Notes: generated from the sequence alone by a model not told the origin. DNA of 64,000 nt from Bdellovibrionales bacterium (GCA_965262715.1 OZ253553.1:2624001-2688000); one strand, 5' to 3'. Numbered from the stretch's first letter, positions 39,029 to 49,700 are shown. Made by a program: numbers and translations.

Positions 39029-39901
39029 ATGAACCTATTATATAAATTAACTATTGCAGTATGCTGTTCAGCAATGATAGTGGCATGCTCTAACAATGCA
39101 GACTATCCATTAACTGAAGAACCAACTCAGTTGTCGGAGATGACTCAAGTGCACTTTCGACATGACACATCCCTTCCTCCTACATCAAAGACAATTTTAG
39201 TTCCACTATCTTTACATGAAGAGGACCATGACGAAGGAGAGGTTTATATAAGAGGTTCACAAGAACACAGTCATAAGCTAGAAGTGGCCCTTGTTCAGAA
39301 GTTAGAAGTGGTCTTTGTGATTGATACAGGAGCAAATATGCAAAGATATAGAAATGTGATTACAGATAGTGTGAGATATCTTAAAGATGAATTAGAAAAA
39401 CATCAAGTTTATCCCGAGTTCTGCCTTGTGACATTTAAAGATTCAGTAGAACAAACATGCCGTAGTTTTATTAATAATAATAATTTTACAGCTTTTCAAA
39501 GTTATATCTCTAATTTGAGATTGACTGGAGGAGGCGGAACAAATACACAAAACCCACTAGCAGGGTTAGACGCAGCAGCAGACATACCTCGTTCTCACAG
39601 TCAACGTATAATTATTCTGATCACAGACGCTTTACCTTGGTTAGAGGTCCATAGCTCACACAGACGTAGAGTTCCTCAGTATTCTAGAGTTCTTGATAAG
39701 CTTCACTCTCAATCTGAAACACCAGTTTTTGCTTTGACTCGCAGTCATGATTTATTTTTTGATCTTACAGAAGATACACTTGGTCAATGGTTTGACATCA
39801 GAAAGATTGAAAAGGAAGAGATTAGTATAGATTACGTTTTCAATCAAATTGGAGAATATCTCAATACATTGTATGATGGAGAACTTATTATTGCAGATTA
39901 A
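39029..39901 (+). CDS. vWA-domain lipoprotein
   Basis: Lipobox IVAC; VVFVIDTGANM (degenerate MIDAS), LVTFKD, IILITDA. Confidence 0.85.
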   Translation: MNLLYKLTIAVCCSAMIVACSNNADYPLTEEPTQLSEMTQVHFRHDTSLPPTSKTILVPLSLHEEDHDEGEVYIRGSQEHSHKLEVALVQKLEVVFVIDTGANMQRYRNVITDSVRYLKDELEKHQVYPEFCLVTFKDSVEQTCRSFINNNNFTAFQSYISNLRLTGGGGTNTQNPLAGLDAAADIPRSHSQRIIILITDALPWLEVHSSHRRRVPQYSRVLDKLHSQSETPVFALTRSHDLFFDLTEDTLGQWFDIRKIEKEEISIDYVFNQIGEYLNTLYDGELIIAD

Positions 39902-40123
39902 CAAAAACAACAAGAAGCGGTATCAAAACCCTATACAACTCAATACATTTTAAAAAATAAAATATCTACTTATATTAAAGGTTTTTTCTTTGTTTGAAAA
40001 TATTTTTTTACTTTTTTAAATTCTGCTGCAAATGAACTCATAATGAAAGATATGTGAGTGCAGGACAAAGGTGGGGTGGGGCTAGGGAGATAAATAGAAG
40101 AATTGAACTTGAATGGTAATGTT

Positions 40124-40402
40124 TTAGTCATTAAAAGTTAAAGACACATTGTAATCAGTAGCTATATTTTTTAGGCAATGTTTTACTGCTAGATTGGCAT
40201 TAGAAATGTGAAAAGGCGGCTTTTGCTTAATTTTTATCACATTGATAATCTCATCACCAAAAGAAGAACCTAATGCAATCACATCTGTAAAATCTAATGC
40301 CACAGGAAATTCTTCTGTCTTTAATAGCTCTTGCGCCATTTGTTTCCCATATTGACGATCTGTCAAGGTTTTACCAAAACGCTTCATCAAAATAACATTC
40401 AT
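40124..40402 (-). CDS. STAS-like (DUF4325-type) protein
   Basis: LTDRQYG, VALDFTDV..LGSSFGDE. Confidence 0.8.
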   Translation of the reverse strand: MNVILMKRFGKTLTDRQYGKQMAQELLKTEEFPVALDFTDVIALGSSFGDEIINVIKIKQKPPFHISNANLAVKHCLKNIATDYNVSLTFND

Positions 40403-40560
40403 AGTTTCCTCAAAATATTATCTAACATTTTGTTTATAGATATACGACTCACACTTTTTATATTGTTATCTAAAAATTCCCCTTATAAGGGTATTTTACA
40501 TCTCTTTACAAATCTTTACAAGCTTTTACATATTAGTATATTTCATCTAACTGTTGATTT

Positions 40561-41105
40561 TTATTTATTTAATCGAAGTGACTTAGGATTGCCTGTAAAT
40601 ACTTTATAATTTTTCACTAATTTTGAGAAATCATAATCATCTGTGAGTATATTTATTCCCTTACCTTTAATCAAATTAGATACATAGGCATCATTAAAAT
40701 CACTTCTGCGAGAATCACACAGTACTTGATCAAATGACATCTTACTCATTTCATCATCGAGGCATTTGACTTGCTTTAATATTTTTCTTTTACTGTTTGT
40801 TCAATAATTTTAAAGGTTTCTGAAAAAGCCTGTGAAGGTCTATAATCACTCTTGTATTTTTTTATGTGAACATTATTGAAACGACAATCTATTCTTAAAT
40901 ATCTATTTATAAATTCAGACAAAATAAGGCTTGTAGTGTAGAGTGTTGAATCGGCTTTAAGTAATTTATTATAAAAGGAGCTATATTTTTTTATAGTACT
41001 TCTTTTATAATTTCCAATCGAGCAATAAAGAAATAACCAAATATTTGTGTCCAAAATATAGTGTTCTGATTTTGAAGGCGTATGTGTTTGTATATCAATG
41101 ATCAT
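40561..41105 (-). pseudogene. PIN-domain (VapC-like) nuclease split by a 1-nt frameshift
   Basis: ILDTNIW, ILSEFINRY in one frame; DFNDAY, ILTDDYDF in another. Adding one A to GAAAAAT near 40785 restores EKILKQVKCLDD. Confidence 0.8.
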
Positions 41106-41520
41106 TGCCTAACTCTTCATCAATACTTTTTTCAACTTCTTCTGGATTTTCAAAATATTTTTTTGCAACGCTTATAACTCTTTTTAAAATTTCCATATCT
41201 GTTGGCTCAAGATCAAGAATTTCAAGTTTTTCATTAAGCTGATCACTTGTATATTTCTTATATAATTGACCTATAGCTGCATTTAAAAAAGCCGTAGTTA
41301 TAAGTTGAATGTTTTTAAAACTAACTTGTACGGAGATTTCTTTATCTAAAGCTTTTTCAATTCTCTGGTATAGACTATCACCTTCTTCAGTTGATATGGC
41401 TGAACTTTCTCCTATACATTCATAGACAGAGATAAGTAATTTTTTATTGTTCATATAATCTCCTTTAAAATAAACTTTCTTGTGATTCTTCATTTGAAAG
41501 AATATAAGAGTTTTTATCAT
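41095..41520 (-). CDS. STAS-like (DUF4325-type) protein; probable start MNNKK at about 41454
   Basis: AISTEEGD..Y..I, VSFKNIQLITTAFLNAAIGQLY; RBS AAGGAG. Confidence 0.85.
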   Translation of the reverse strand: MIKTLIFFQMKNHKKVYFKGDYMNNKKLLISVYECIGESSAISTEEGDSLYQRIEKALDKEISVQVSFKNIQLITTAFLNAAIGQLYKKYTSDQLNEKLEILDLEPTDMEILKRVISVAKKYFENPEEVEKSIDEELGNDH

Positions 41521-42370
41521 TTACATTAAACTCTATATTAACAATTGTGCCATCAAAATAGTTAGCAAACAAATTTTTATAAGATCCTGATTGGCTATTG
41601 TCCCAATAACCATCTCCTGAAATAATTTGAACCCTTCCTTTGTTTAGTTTTATAAATGAAAGCAGAGTACTAAGACCCATACCTCCAGGTATTTGATAAC
41701 TACGAGTAGTATTTCCCTCTTGGATAGCCCACTCAATAGCCTCAAAGGAGGAAATCTTTGATTGTCTATGTCTACTATAGTGTGACACATTTTTTTGGAT
41801 TGTAGAACCCAAGTTAACAATTGAAAAATCTACCTTACCTTTCTTAGGATAAAATTGGCCACAACTAAAGATATTTTTTGTATTACCGTGAGTTTGCGCA
41901 TTCATAAAAACTTCTAACATATTTTCTGTAACTTTCTTCTTCAAAAGAGGGGACATTTTAGGAAGATCGTGTATAGAAAATAATTTATCAGAGAGATATT
42001 TTAAGAAAACTTTGTGATCATCTTTTCTAAACTTTTTGTAGGGAATAGTCGTTCCCCAAATATCAGAAACATACCATCCTCCAAAATTGCTTAAAAAAGA
42101 ATTTCTAGAGAGAATCGACTCTATATTAAGAGGTAATTTTGAGACAGCTACTGAGTTTATAGCATTTTGTAGTTTTGTTATAATGGCTCCCAATACAGCA
42201 CTTAGATTTGCTTCAAACCAAATACAATCAGAAAAATCAATATCAATCTCATCAAGCATCAAATTTTTTGTCTTTGAATAAAGATCTAGTAGTTGTTCAT
42301 AACCTAAAAAGTTATTTTCAACTCTGTAGTCAAATTTATATGTATAATTCATCTGTTTATTCCCTACCAA
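41465..42370 (-). CDS. STAS-like + GHKL (anti-sigma-kinase-like) ATPase
   Basis: IDFS...WFEAN; EVFMNAQTH (N box), NLGSTI, GNTT, PGGMGL, GTIVNIEF. Confidence 0.85.
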   Translation of the reverse strand: MVGNKQMNYTYKFDYRVENNFLGYEQLLDLYSKTKNLMLDEIDIDFSDCIWFEANLSAVLGAIITKLQNAINSVAVSKLPLNIESILSRNSFLSNFGGWYVSDIWGTTIPYKKFRKDDHKVFLKYLSDKLFSIHDLPKMSPLLKKKVTENMLEVFMNAQTHGNTKNIFSCGQFYPKKGKVDFSIVNLGSTIQKNVSHYSRHRQSKISSFEAIEWAIQEGNTTRSYQIPGGMGLSTLLSFIKLNKGRVQIISGDGYWDNSQSGSYKNLFANYFDGTIVNIEFNVNDKNSYILSNEESQESLF

Positions 42371-42598
42371 TATGTTTCAATTAGTCTAAAATAGACTTTG
42401 AACAGCTAATCTTTATCTATTTAGACTTTATAACTCTTTTCAAATAAAAAGATAGATTTTTGAACTCTTTTCCAGTTTCTTTGAGGTATTTTTTGTTTTC
42501 GCGCCTTTTTCAACTCCAAATTGCATTTTTCTTGTTTGTTCGTAATTTCTGCTAAAACAAAGCTATTGAAGGATTGTCAATTTTTAAAGGAGAAAGTC

Positions 42599-43281
42599 TT
42601 GTCTAACACTTCTTGTCCTTTAGGTCAACATTATGTGAAGGAGAACACACTCGTAGAACTAAAAAAAGTGGGATTGTTCCTGTATCTGAACATTGTCGAG
42701 TTAATCCTAAAGGTAAAGAAGATTTACTCTATGCGTCCAATATAAGACATCTCTACTATAACCGCTTGCAAAAAAAGTATCCCAAAATGCCAGCTATTAG
42801 AGGTTTTAGAGGATTTCATGAGTATGATCCGATGATTCAATTTTGGACAGAGTATTGGAAAGATAAAAAAAGATTGCCCAGAGAAGTAGATCCTTTGTTG
42901 ATTAAAGCTATGATTGCAGCTGAGTCGAGCTTCAGGCCTAGAGTGAGGACAAGTGATCCTAATAGCACAGCAGCTGGATTGATGCAACTAACAGGCAGCA
43001 CATTAAGAACTCTTAGAGGCAATCCAGATAGAAAAGATTATATTGAAGTTAGACATTATCCTGTCTATTTAGAGGATGATGAACATTTGGATCCACTCGT
43101 AAATATTGCAGCAGGCATTCGTTGGTTAGGGCATAAAATAGAGAAATCTCGTAAGAGAAACTCAAAAGATATAGCTGAAAGAATATTTGCAGGAGTTAAA
43201 TTTTATCATTCGTGGGATCAAGAAGGGGAGAATTATGCAAAAAAAGTTTATAGATATTACAATGCAACACTTAGTCAATAA
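42599..43281 (+). CDS. Lytic transglycosylase (SLT) domain protein with an apparent frameshift near the 5' end
   Basis: DPLLIKAMIAAESSF, AAGLMQL, DPLVNIAAGIRWL. RBS AAGGAG and TTG at 42599 (MSNTSCPLGQHYVK) are out of frame with EHTRR.. at about 42640. Confidence 0.75.
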
Positions 43282-43933
43282 GTATGTAATCATTATTATG
43301 ACTGTAAGTTTAATGTCATGCAGCCATATTGTATATGATGAAGATCAAAATTCAGAAAATTCTGATGAAGAAGTGTATGTAGAAGAATATTCTGCAATGA
43401 ATCCGCCTCAGAAAAAATACAAAGAAATTTACTGCACTCCAGAAGATGAGAAAAAAGGTATAAAGGCAACTATTGACAATTTGTATGTTGCTTGTGGTCG
43501 TTCCAAAATTCAACCTATAAAAAGCAGAACTTTAGAAATTAAGCGTATTTTTTTAGGCGTAGAAAAATTGCCTAGTGGTGATTTGTTATTAGGACATCAT
43601 CTTTTAATTTTAAAAGCTGGTGATAAAATTTTACAGAAAGTGCAAGTCGAAAAAGAAGGTTATGATCCATTTTGGAGAGAAGTTGTTTTTGTCAAAATCA
43701 GAAAGGGTGTTTATTGGCAAGACCTTAACAATGATGGATATCCTGAGTTTGCTATGTTAAAAACAGATACAGGCAATGCAATTTATAGGCGAGTTGATAG
43801 ATACACCCTCAAAGGGGACTCTTTTCATTTTTATGGGTATGGAAAGTATGTTTGGCATACGGGCCAGCATGTTTTATTGAATTGTATGAAATGTTGGAAA
43901 TTTGATTTGGATGAATGTAAAAAATGCACATGA
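43187..43933 (+). CDS. Putative lipoprotein with an FG-GAP-like DLNNDG motif; true start probably further downstream
   Basis: Lipobox LMSC; WQDLNNDGYPE. Confidence 0.6.
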   Translation: MQELNFIIRGIKKGRIMQKKFIDITMQHLVNKYVIIIMTVSLMSCSHIVYDEDQNSENSDEEVYVEEYSAMNPPQKKYKEIYCTPEDEKKGIKATIDNLYVACGRSKIQPIKSRTLEIKRIFLGVEKLPSGDLLLGHHLLILKAGDKILQKVQVEKEGYDPFWREVVFVKIRKGVYWQDLNNDGYPEFAMLKTDTGNAIYRRVDRYTLKGDSFHFYGYGKYVWHTGQHVLLNCMKCWKFDLDECKKCT

Positions 43934-43981
43934 TTATTGTATTAATAGGTCATATTCTTTGAATATATACAAAAAACTTTT

Positions 43982-44380
43982 GTGGTGGAACTCATGAAAA
44001 AGCTACCTACTAACGCTTTAAAGATTATTATAGAAAAAGATAAGAGAAAGCATCGCATGTTTTTAGTACCTAAAAACAAAGCACAAGGAGTTATTGCTTT
44101 AATTAAACAGTTTGAAATTGATAATAAGATCAATAAAGATAAGGCAGATATAGATACAATGGGTATTTTTTCTAATTTGAATCAAAAGTACAGTAAGCCA
44201 GGAGCTATTTTGAGAGGAGCTAGACTGAAAGAAGGTTTATCTCAAAAAAAGTTAGCTGATCAAATGAAAATTGCGCAAACCCATATTTCAGAAATGGAAC
44301 ATGGTAAAAGACCTATTGGTAAAAAAATGTCTCAGAGATTTTCTAAAATCCTTAAAATTAATTACAAAGTTTTCTTATAA
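43982..44380 (+). CDS. XRE HTH antitoxin, orphan paralog of 14461..14850
   Basis: GAILRGARLKEGLSQKKLA..HISEMEHGKRPIGK..YKVFL. Confidence 0.85.
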   Translation: MVELMKKLPTNALKIIIEKDKRKHRMFLVPKNKAQGVIALIKQFEIDNKINKDKADIDTMGIFSNLNQKYSKPGAILRGARLKEGLSQKKLADQMKIAQTHISEMEHGKRPIGKKMSQRFSKILKINYKVFL

Positions 44381-44724
44381 TTATCCTTTTAAAACCAGTG
44401 AGAATTTACGAAGTTGTTTACCATTCTAATCATGGCAGGCTAGTTGCCAATAACTTCATTTAGTAAAAAGCTATAATAACTTCAAAAAACGAATCTTATG
44501 AAAACTGTTTTTGTGGTTTTATTCAGGCCTTTTTAATGATGATTAAAAATTGTGCATCATATTATTAAATGAATTTGTAAAAATATTAAAAATATATATT
44601 GACTTGTATAAAAATCTTTTGATAGACTTATACAATTTAACTAATATTTTGATAAAAGGATTTGACCATATTATAAGGTCGTTAGCTTTTTATAAAAAGG
44701 AGGTGAAAGATAAATAGTAAAAAA

Positions 44725-45468
44725 ATGAAAATTATGTGGGGAGGGATATTTGCCTTCTCTGTGTTGGTTAGTTACAGAGTGTTTTTCCAGGAACCAGGAT
44801 CAGATAGAAGAATCAATACTGTCCTTTGGTTTCAAAATGCTGGGGAGATGCGAGCACTCTGCTACCAGGCTTTTAACTTAGCTCGCATAAAACTTGAGCA
44901 GGACTTCAATTCTCAACAAGTAGATCAAAAACAAAAACGGGCTATAGTTGTAGATGTGGATGAAACAGTTTTGGATAATAGCCCTTATACAGCTAAAAAT
45001 ATCCTTACTGAAAGAAGCTATCCTAATGGTTGGCAGAAGTGGATTGAGATGGTCGAAGCTCAGGCTTTACCAGGAGCAGTAGAGTTTTTACAATATGCTA
45101 CCAGTAAAGGAGTTAGTATCTTTTACATCACAAATCGTAAAAATGCAGTGCGAGCTGCTACCATCGAAAATCTCAAAAAAATAGGAGCTCCGGTAAAAGA
45201 AGAATATGTGATGATGAGAGAAACAGATTTTTCTAAAGAAACTAGACGGCAGCAGGTTTTGAAAGATCATCGCATAGTTCTGCTTATAGGAGATAATCTT
45301 GGAGATTTTGATAGAGTGTTTGATGTTCCAGATCAAGAGGCTCGCAATAATACTGTAGATAAAATGCAAGAGGAGTTTGGTAGAAAATTTATTGTTTTAC
45401 CTAATCCTATTTATGGTAATTGGGAGAGAATTATTTCTAATTACAGAGAAGCTCTTCGTTCCTATTAG
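44725..45468 (+). CDS. 5'-nucleotidase, lipoprotein e(P4) / class C acid phosphatase family
   Basis: VDVDETVLDNSPY, YITNR, IGDNLGDF, LPNPIYGNWE. Confidence 0.93.
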   Translation: MKIMWGGIFAFSVLVSYRVFFQEPGSDRRINTVLWFQNAGEMRALCYQAFNLARIKLEQDFNSQQVDQKQKRAIVVDVDETVLDNSPYTAKNILTERSYPNGWQKWIEMVEAQALPGAVEFLQYATSKGVSIFYITNRKNAVRAATIENLKKIGAPVKEEYVMMRETDFSKETRRQQVLKDHRIVLLIGDNLGDFDRVFDVPDQEARNNTVDKMQEEFGRKFIVLPNPIYGNWERIISNYREALRSY

Positions 45469-45588
45469 TTAATAGAAAATGGCTTTGATATTAAGATGGG
45501 TATTGGTAAATACAGCATCTTATTTGAGGACTCCTTCCTTTAAATAATTCATTTCATTAATAAACATGACTTTTGTAGATAAAATTAA

Positions 45589-45691
45589 AAAAGAAAAGTT
45601 AAGGCTTTATCTTTTCTTTTCAAAGGATTGTAAGTAAAAATAGCTTTCTTTATTTATTTACAAAGAAAACTTAACAGGTTATCTTTTCTTT
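45589..45691. promoter_or_regulatory. Two related palindromic operator-like sites upstream of the Fic gene
   Basis: AAAAGAAAAGTTAA..TTATCTTTTCTTTT (45589-45620) and AAAGAAAACTTAA..TTATCTTTTCTTT (45662-45691). Confidence 0.6.
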
Positions 45692-45730
45692 TATAGGTCT
45701 TCATCATGACCTTAGTTGTGAGTATTTTTT

Positions 45731-46879
45731 ATGAAAAAAGCAAATTCACGTTTAGGAACTTATATACGTTGTAATGTTGCAGGAGAGAGTTATCAAGCTT
45801 TTATTCCACCTCCTCTCCCACCACAAATAGATTTGTCTCAATTACAAACATCTTTATCAAAGGCAAATCAAGCATTAGGGAAGCTCAGTGCCATTTTAGA
45901 GACTTTACCTGATGGTGATTTATTGCTTTACTATTATATTCGCAAAGAAGCTGTGTTGTCTTCCCAAATAGAGGGAACACAATCTTCTTTATCTGATTTA
46001 TTGCTATATGAAAGTACTGGAGAGGCGGTTCCTATTCGTGATGTTGTTGAAGTTTCGTCCTATGTGGCTGCTTTTTATCATGGTTTAAAGCGAATAGATA
46101 AAGGGTTTCCATTGTCTTTACGTCTTATAAAAGAAATGCATGAAATTTTACTTTCAAATGATTTTGGCAAAGGCAAACAGCCTGGGCAATTTCGCTCTTC
46201 CCAAAATTGGGTGGGTGGTAGCCGGCCAGGCAATGCCTTTTTTGTTCCTCCTCCAGCAAGCCACCTCATGGAATGTCTTGATCATTTTGAAAAGTATCTT
46301 CATGTTAAGCAGCGTCCTTATACCTCTTTGATTGATGCTGGTCTTATTCATGTACAATTTGAAACCATTCATCCTTTTTTGGATGGTAATGGTCGTATAG
46401 GTCGATTGCTTATCTCATTTTTTCTTATTTTGATGGGAGATTTACAAAAACCCATTCTTTACTTGAGTTTGTTTTTCAAAAATCATCGTTCTGTATACTA
46501 TGAAAAGCTCAATGCTGTGCGAACAGTAGGTGATTGGGAGGATTGGTTGGAGTTTTTCTTAACAGGTGTTATAGAAACATCTCATCAAATTATTGAAATT
46601 AGTAAAGCTATCTCTAATTTATATAAAAACGATTTTGCAACAATAGAACGTCTAAAACGCGCAAGGCTTTCTGCACACTTAGTTCATAATCTCTTACAAA
46701 AAAAAGCCATTGTTTCAGCAACTCATACAGCTAAGATATTAAATATTAGTACACCCACTGCACGAGCTGCTTTAAATAACTTAAAAGATCTGAATATTGT
46801 AAAAGTCAAACCTATTGGTAAAGAGCAGTTTTATATTTATACAGAGCTGATAAATCTTCTTGAAAAAAATGTTACTTAA
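45731..46879 (+). CDS. Fic family protein with a C-terminal HTH
   Basis: EAVLSSQIEG inhibitory motif; HPFLDGNGRIGR. Confidence 0.95.
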   Translation: MKKANSRLGTYIRCNVAGESYQAFIPPPLPPQIDLSQLQTSLSKANQALGKLSAILETLPDGDLLLYYYIRKEAVLSSQIEGTQSSLSDLLLYESTGEAVPIRDVVEVSSYVAAFYHGLKRIDKGFPLSLRLIKEMHEILLSNDFGKGKQPGQFRSSQNWVGGSRPGNAFFVPPPASHLMECLDHFEKYLHVKQRPYTSLIDAGLIHVQFETIHPFLDGNGRIGRLLISFFLILMGDLQKPILYLSLFFKNHRSVYYEKLNAVRTVGDWEDWLEFFLTGVIETSHQIIEISKAISNLYKNDFATIERLKRARLSAHLVHNLLQKKAIVSATHTAKILNISTPTARAALNNLKDLNIVKVKPIGKEQFYIYTELINLLEKNVT

Positions 46880-47004
46880 TAAAACTTTGATTATTCACCA
46901 TAAATAAGCATCATAAATAAATAGATTACTTTATGGAATGAATTTTAATAGCTCATCTGCAAATTGAACTTTAAGTTATTTTTTAAAACTGCTTCATTTT
47001 TACT

Positions 47005-47478
47005 CTAGTCACTTAAGACATCAACTCCTCTGTCGATGGGCTGATCAAGGCAGATAAAAGATTCTGTTGATTGAATTTCTTCAATACTCTGTAGTTTGTC
47101 AGATAAGAGTTGATATAACTTTTTAATGGAAGAAACACAAACTTTGATCACTAAAGCATATTTTCCAGTTGTGTAGTAAGCTTCAATAATTTCTGGAAAT
47201 GCTTTTAACTGTGACATTACATTCTGATTGCCTTTTGCACTTGTTAGGTGAATTCCGACAATAGCCTGGACATCCATCCCTAATACCCTAGAGTCAATGA
47301 TGATTCTAGACCCTTTTATTATGCCTAAATTGTTCATTTTTTGAATACGTTGATGAACCATGCCACCACTCACATTCAGCATACGGGCAATTTCCAAATA
47401 AGGCATACGGGCATCTTGGGAAAGAAAATAAAGGATCTTTCTGTCAATGGTATCAATTTGATAGTTTTCAAGGTTCAT
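47005..47478 (-). CDS. asnC: Lrp/AsnC transcriptional regulator
   Basis: IDTIDRKIL..L..DAR.PY.EIA, EAYYTTGKY; divergent from asnB. Confidence 0.9.
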   Translation of the reverse strand: MNLENYQIDTIDRKILYFLSQDARMPYLEIARMLNVSGGMVHQRIQKMNNLGIIKGSRIIIDSRVLGMDVQAIVGIHLTSAKGNQNVMSQLKAFPEIIEAYYTTGKYALVIKVCVSSIKKLYQLLSDKLQSIEEIQSTESFICLDQPIDRGVDVLSD

Positions 47479-47659
47479 AACTGCTCCAAATTAACAATTT
47501 AATACTTTATACCTTAAATTATAATGAATTCATTATAATTTCAACAAATATTGTAATATTTTACAATTATTGGTATGATAAAAATATTAAAATAGTATTA
47601 ACAGGCACTTAAAGTGTCATAATTATTAGAAGCACCAAGTCGTGAGGTTTAATTAAAAT

Positions 47660-49270
47660 ATGTGTGGATTTGTAGTCAATACTGGAACAACTACTCGTCA
47701 ATCAAAGCTGATTAAAGAGTTTCAAAAACTGTTACACCGAGGCCCAGATTCAAGTGTGATAAAGCATCCTTATCAAGATACTTCTATGCTTTTTCATCGG
47801 CTTGAAGTTCGAGGACTTAGCGAAACTGGTAATCAACCTTTTGATACAGATTTTGCCATGTTAGTTTGCAACGGTGAGATTTATAATAATGAAACGCTCA
47901 AGCAAAAACACTGTGCTGATTACAATTTTATTGGAACTTCAGATTGTGAGGTTCTTCTTCCTTTATTTAAGAAGTGGGGAATACATCAACTTTGTCTTGA
48001 AATAGACGCAGAGTTTGCTTTTGTTCTTTATGATAAAATAACTAATGAATTTTTTGCTGCTAGAGACCCTATTGGTATTCGGCCTCTTTTTTATGGTACT
48101 GATCAGAAGGGAGAGTTTTTATTTTCTAGTGAAGCCAAAGCTCTTCACAAGATTTGTAAAGACATTAAGCCTTTTCCTCCAGGACATTATTGGAGTCAAA
48201 AACAAGGATTTGTATGTTATCTTGATATCACACAAGAAACTTCACAAAAAATTGAAACAAATCGGCAAGAAGCCCTTATTAAAATTAAAAAGTATCTTAT
48301 AGAAGCCGTAGAAAAAAGATTGGAATCTGAGGTTCCAGTAGGCTTTTTATTAAGTGGAGGACTTGATAGTTCACTTATTTGCGCTATAGCTAATGAACTT
48401 TTACCAGGGCCTATTACCACTTTTGCTGTGGGTATTGATAAGAATCCTATTGATATCAAATATGCTCGTCAGGTAGCTGACTTTCTAAAGAGTGATCATC
48501 ATGAATATCTTTTTTCTTTTGAAGAGGTTCTTAAAGAGCTGCCTAATGTGATTTATAATTTAGAAAGCTATGATGTAACGACTATTAGAGCAAGTATTGG
48601 TATGTACTTGCTTTGCAAGTATATTAGGCAAAATACAGATACTGTTGTTTTACTTACTGGTGAAGTGAGTGACGAACTATTTGGATACAAGTACACTGAT
48701 TTTGCCCCTTCACCTTTGGCTTTTCAGATGGAATCTCAAAAAAGGATCAAAGAGCTTTATATGTATGACGTTCTGAGATGTGACCGTTGTATCAGTGCGC
48801 ACTCGCTTGAAGCAAGAGTTCCTTTTGGAGATATAAAGTTTGCTTCATTTATTTATAATCTTCATCCAGAGATGAAAATGAATCGTAATGGTGTTGGCAA
48901 ATCTTTATTACGAGAGGCATTTAGTTTAGGCGTTGGTCAAAATCAAATTCCTGTATTGCCACATAATATTCTTTTTCGTGAAAAAGCAGCTTTTAGTGAT
49001 GCTGTCGGGCATGCCTTAGTGGATCAACTTAAAGCTTATGCTGAGAAAAAATATTCTAAGGCTGATCTTTTAAAAGCACAGCTAAAATTTCCTCATTGTC
49101 CTCCACTGACTGAGGAAGCTTTACTTTATAGAGAAATTTTTGAAAATTTCTTTCCAAATCGAAGTCAGCTCATTAAAGCATTTTGGATGCCAAATCAGGA
49201 ATGGTCAAATTGTCAGGTAGGTGATCCGTCAGCTAGATGTCTTCCTAATTATGGAGCAAGTGGATTTTGA
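47660..49270 (+). CDS. asnB: Asparagine synthetase (glutamine-hydrolysing)
   Basis: MCG N-terminus, HRGPD, NGEIYN, LSGGLDSS, LEARVPF. Confidence 0.96.
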   Translation: MCGFVVNTGTTTRQSKLIKEFQKLLHRGPDSSVIKHPYQDTSMLFHRLEVRGLSETGNQPFDTDFAMLVCNGEIYNNETLKQKHCADYNFIGTSDCEVLLPLFKKWGIHQLCLEIDAEFAFVLYDKITNEFFAARDPIGIRPLFYGTDQKGEFLFSSEAKALHKICKDIKPFPPGHYWSQKQGFVCYLDITQETSQKIETNRQEALIKIKKYLIEAVEKRLESEVPVGFLLSGGLDSSLICAIANELLPGPITTFAVGIDKNPIDIKYARQVADFLKSDHHEYLFSFEEVLKELPNVIYNLESYDVTTIRASIGMYLLCKYIRQNTDTVVLLTGEVSDELFGYKYTDFAPSPLAFQMESQKRIKELYMYDVLRCDRCISAHSLEARVPFGDIKFASFIYNLHPEMKMNRNGVGKSLLREAFSLGVGQNQIPVLPHNILFREKAAFSDAVGHALVDQLKAYAEKKYSKADLLKAQLKFPHCPPLTEEALLYREIFENFFPNRSQLIKAFWMPNQEWSNCQVGDPSARCLPNYGASGF

Positions 49271-49283
49271 CTTTAATCCTGAT

Positions 49284-49700
49284 TTAAGAAGGTTCTGATA
49301 TAATAGTAACGAGTTGAGGTAGAATAGATTCATTGGCGGGTAGTAAGCGGTAATCTTTTAATTGAGAAGGTTCTATCCATTTCAAATCAGTGTGATAAAG
49401 ATTTTTTATTTCACCTCGCCAAGATATCACTTTATAAAATAAAAGCAGTACAGCGTGACTTGAGCTGTATGCATAATTATGAGCTAACTTGAGGCTATCA
49501 ATTTCAGCAGTGATACTCAGCTCTTCTTTAAGTTCTCTTTTAAGAGCATCTTTTGGAGTTTCTTCCCACTTGATCTTTCCTCCTGGAAACTCCCAATAAC
49601 CTGCTGTACTTTGAGACTCTTCTGTCGGACGTAATCCTAGAAGTACTTTTCCATTTTGACATATCAGTCCGACAGCAACAGGAGTGTAATATCTATCCAT
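49284..49700 (-). CDS. mutT: NUDIX 8-oxo-dGTPase
   Basis: WEFPGGK....ETP..AL.REL.EEL, LLPAN. Confidence 0.85.
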   Translation of the reverse strand: MDRYYTPVAVGLICQNGKVLLGLRPTEESQSTAGYWEFPGGKIKWEETPKDALKRELKEELSITAEIDSLKLAHNYAYSSSHAVLLLFYKVISWRGEIKNLYHTDLKWIEPSQLKDYRLLPANESILPQLVTIISEPS

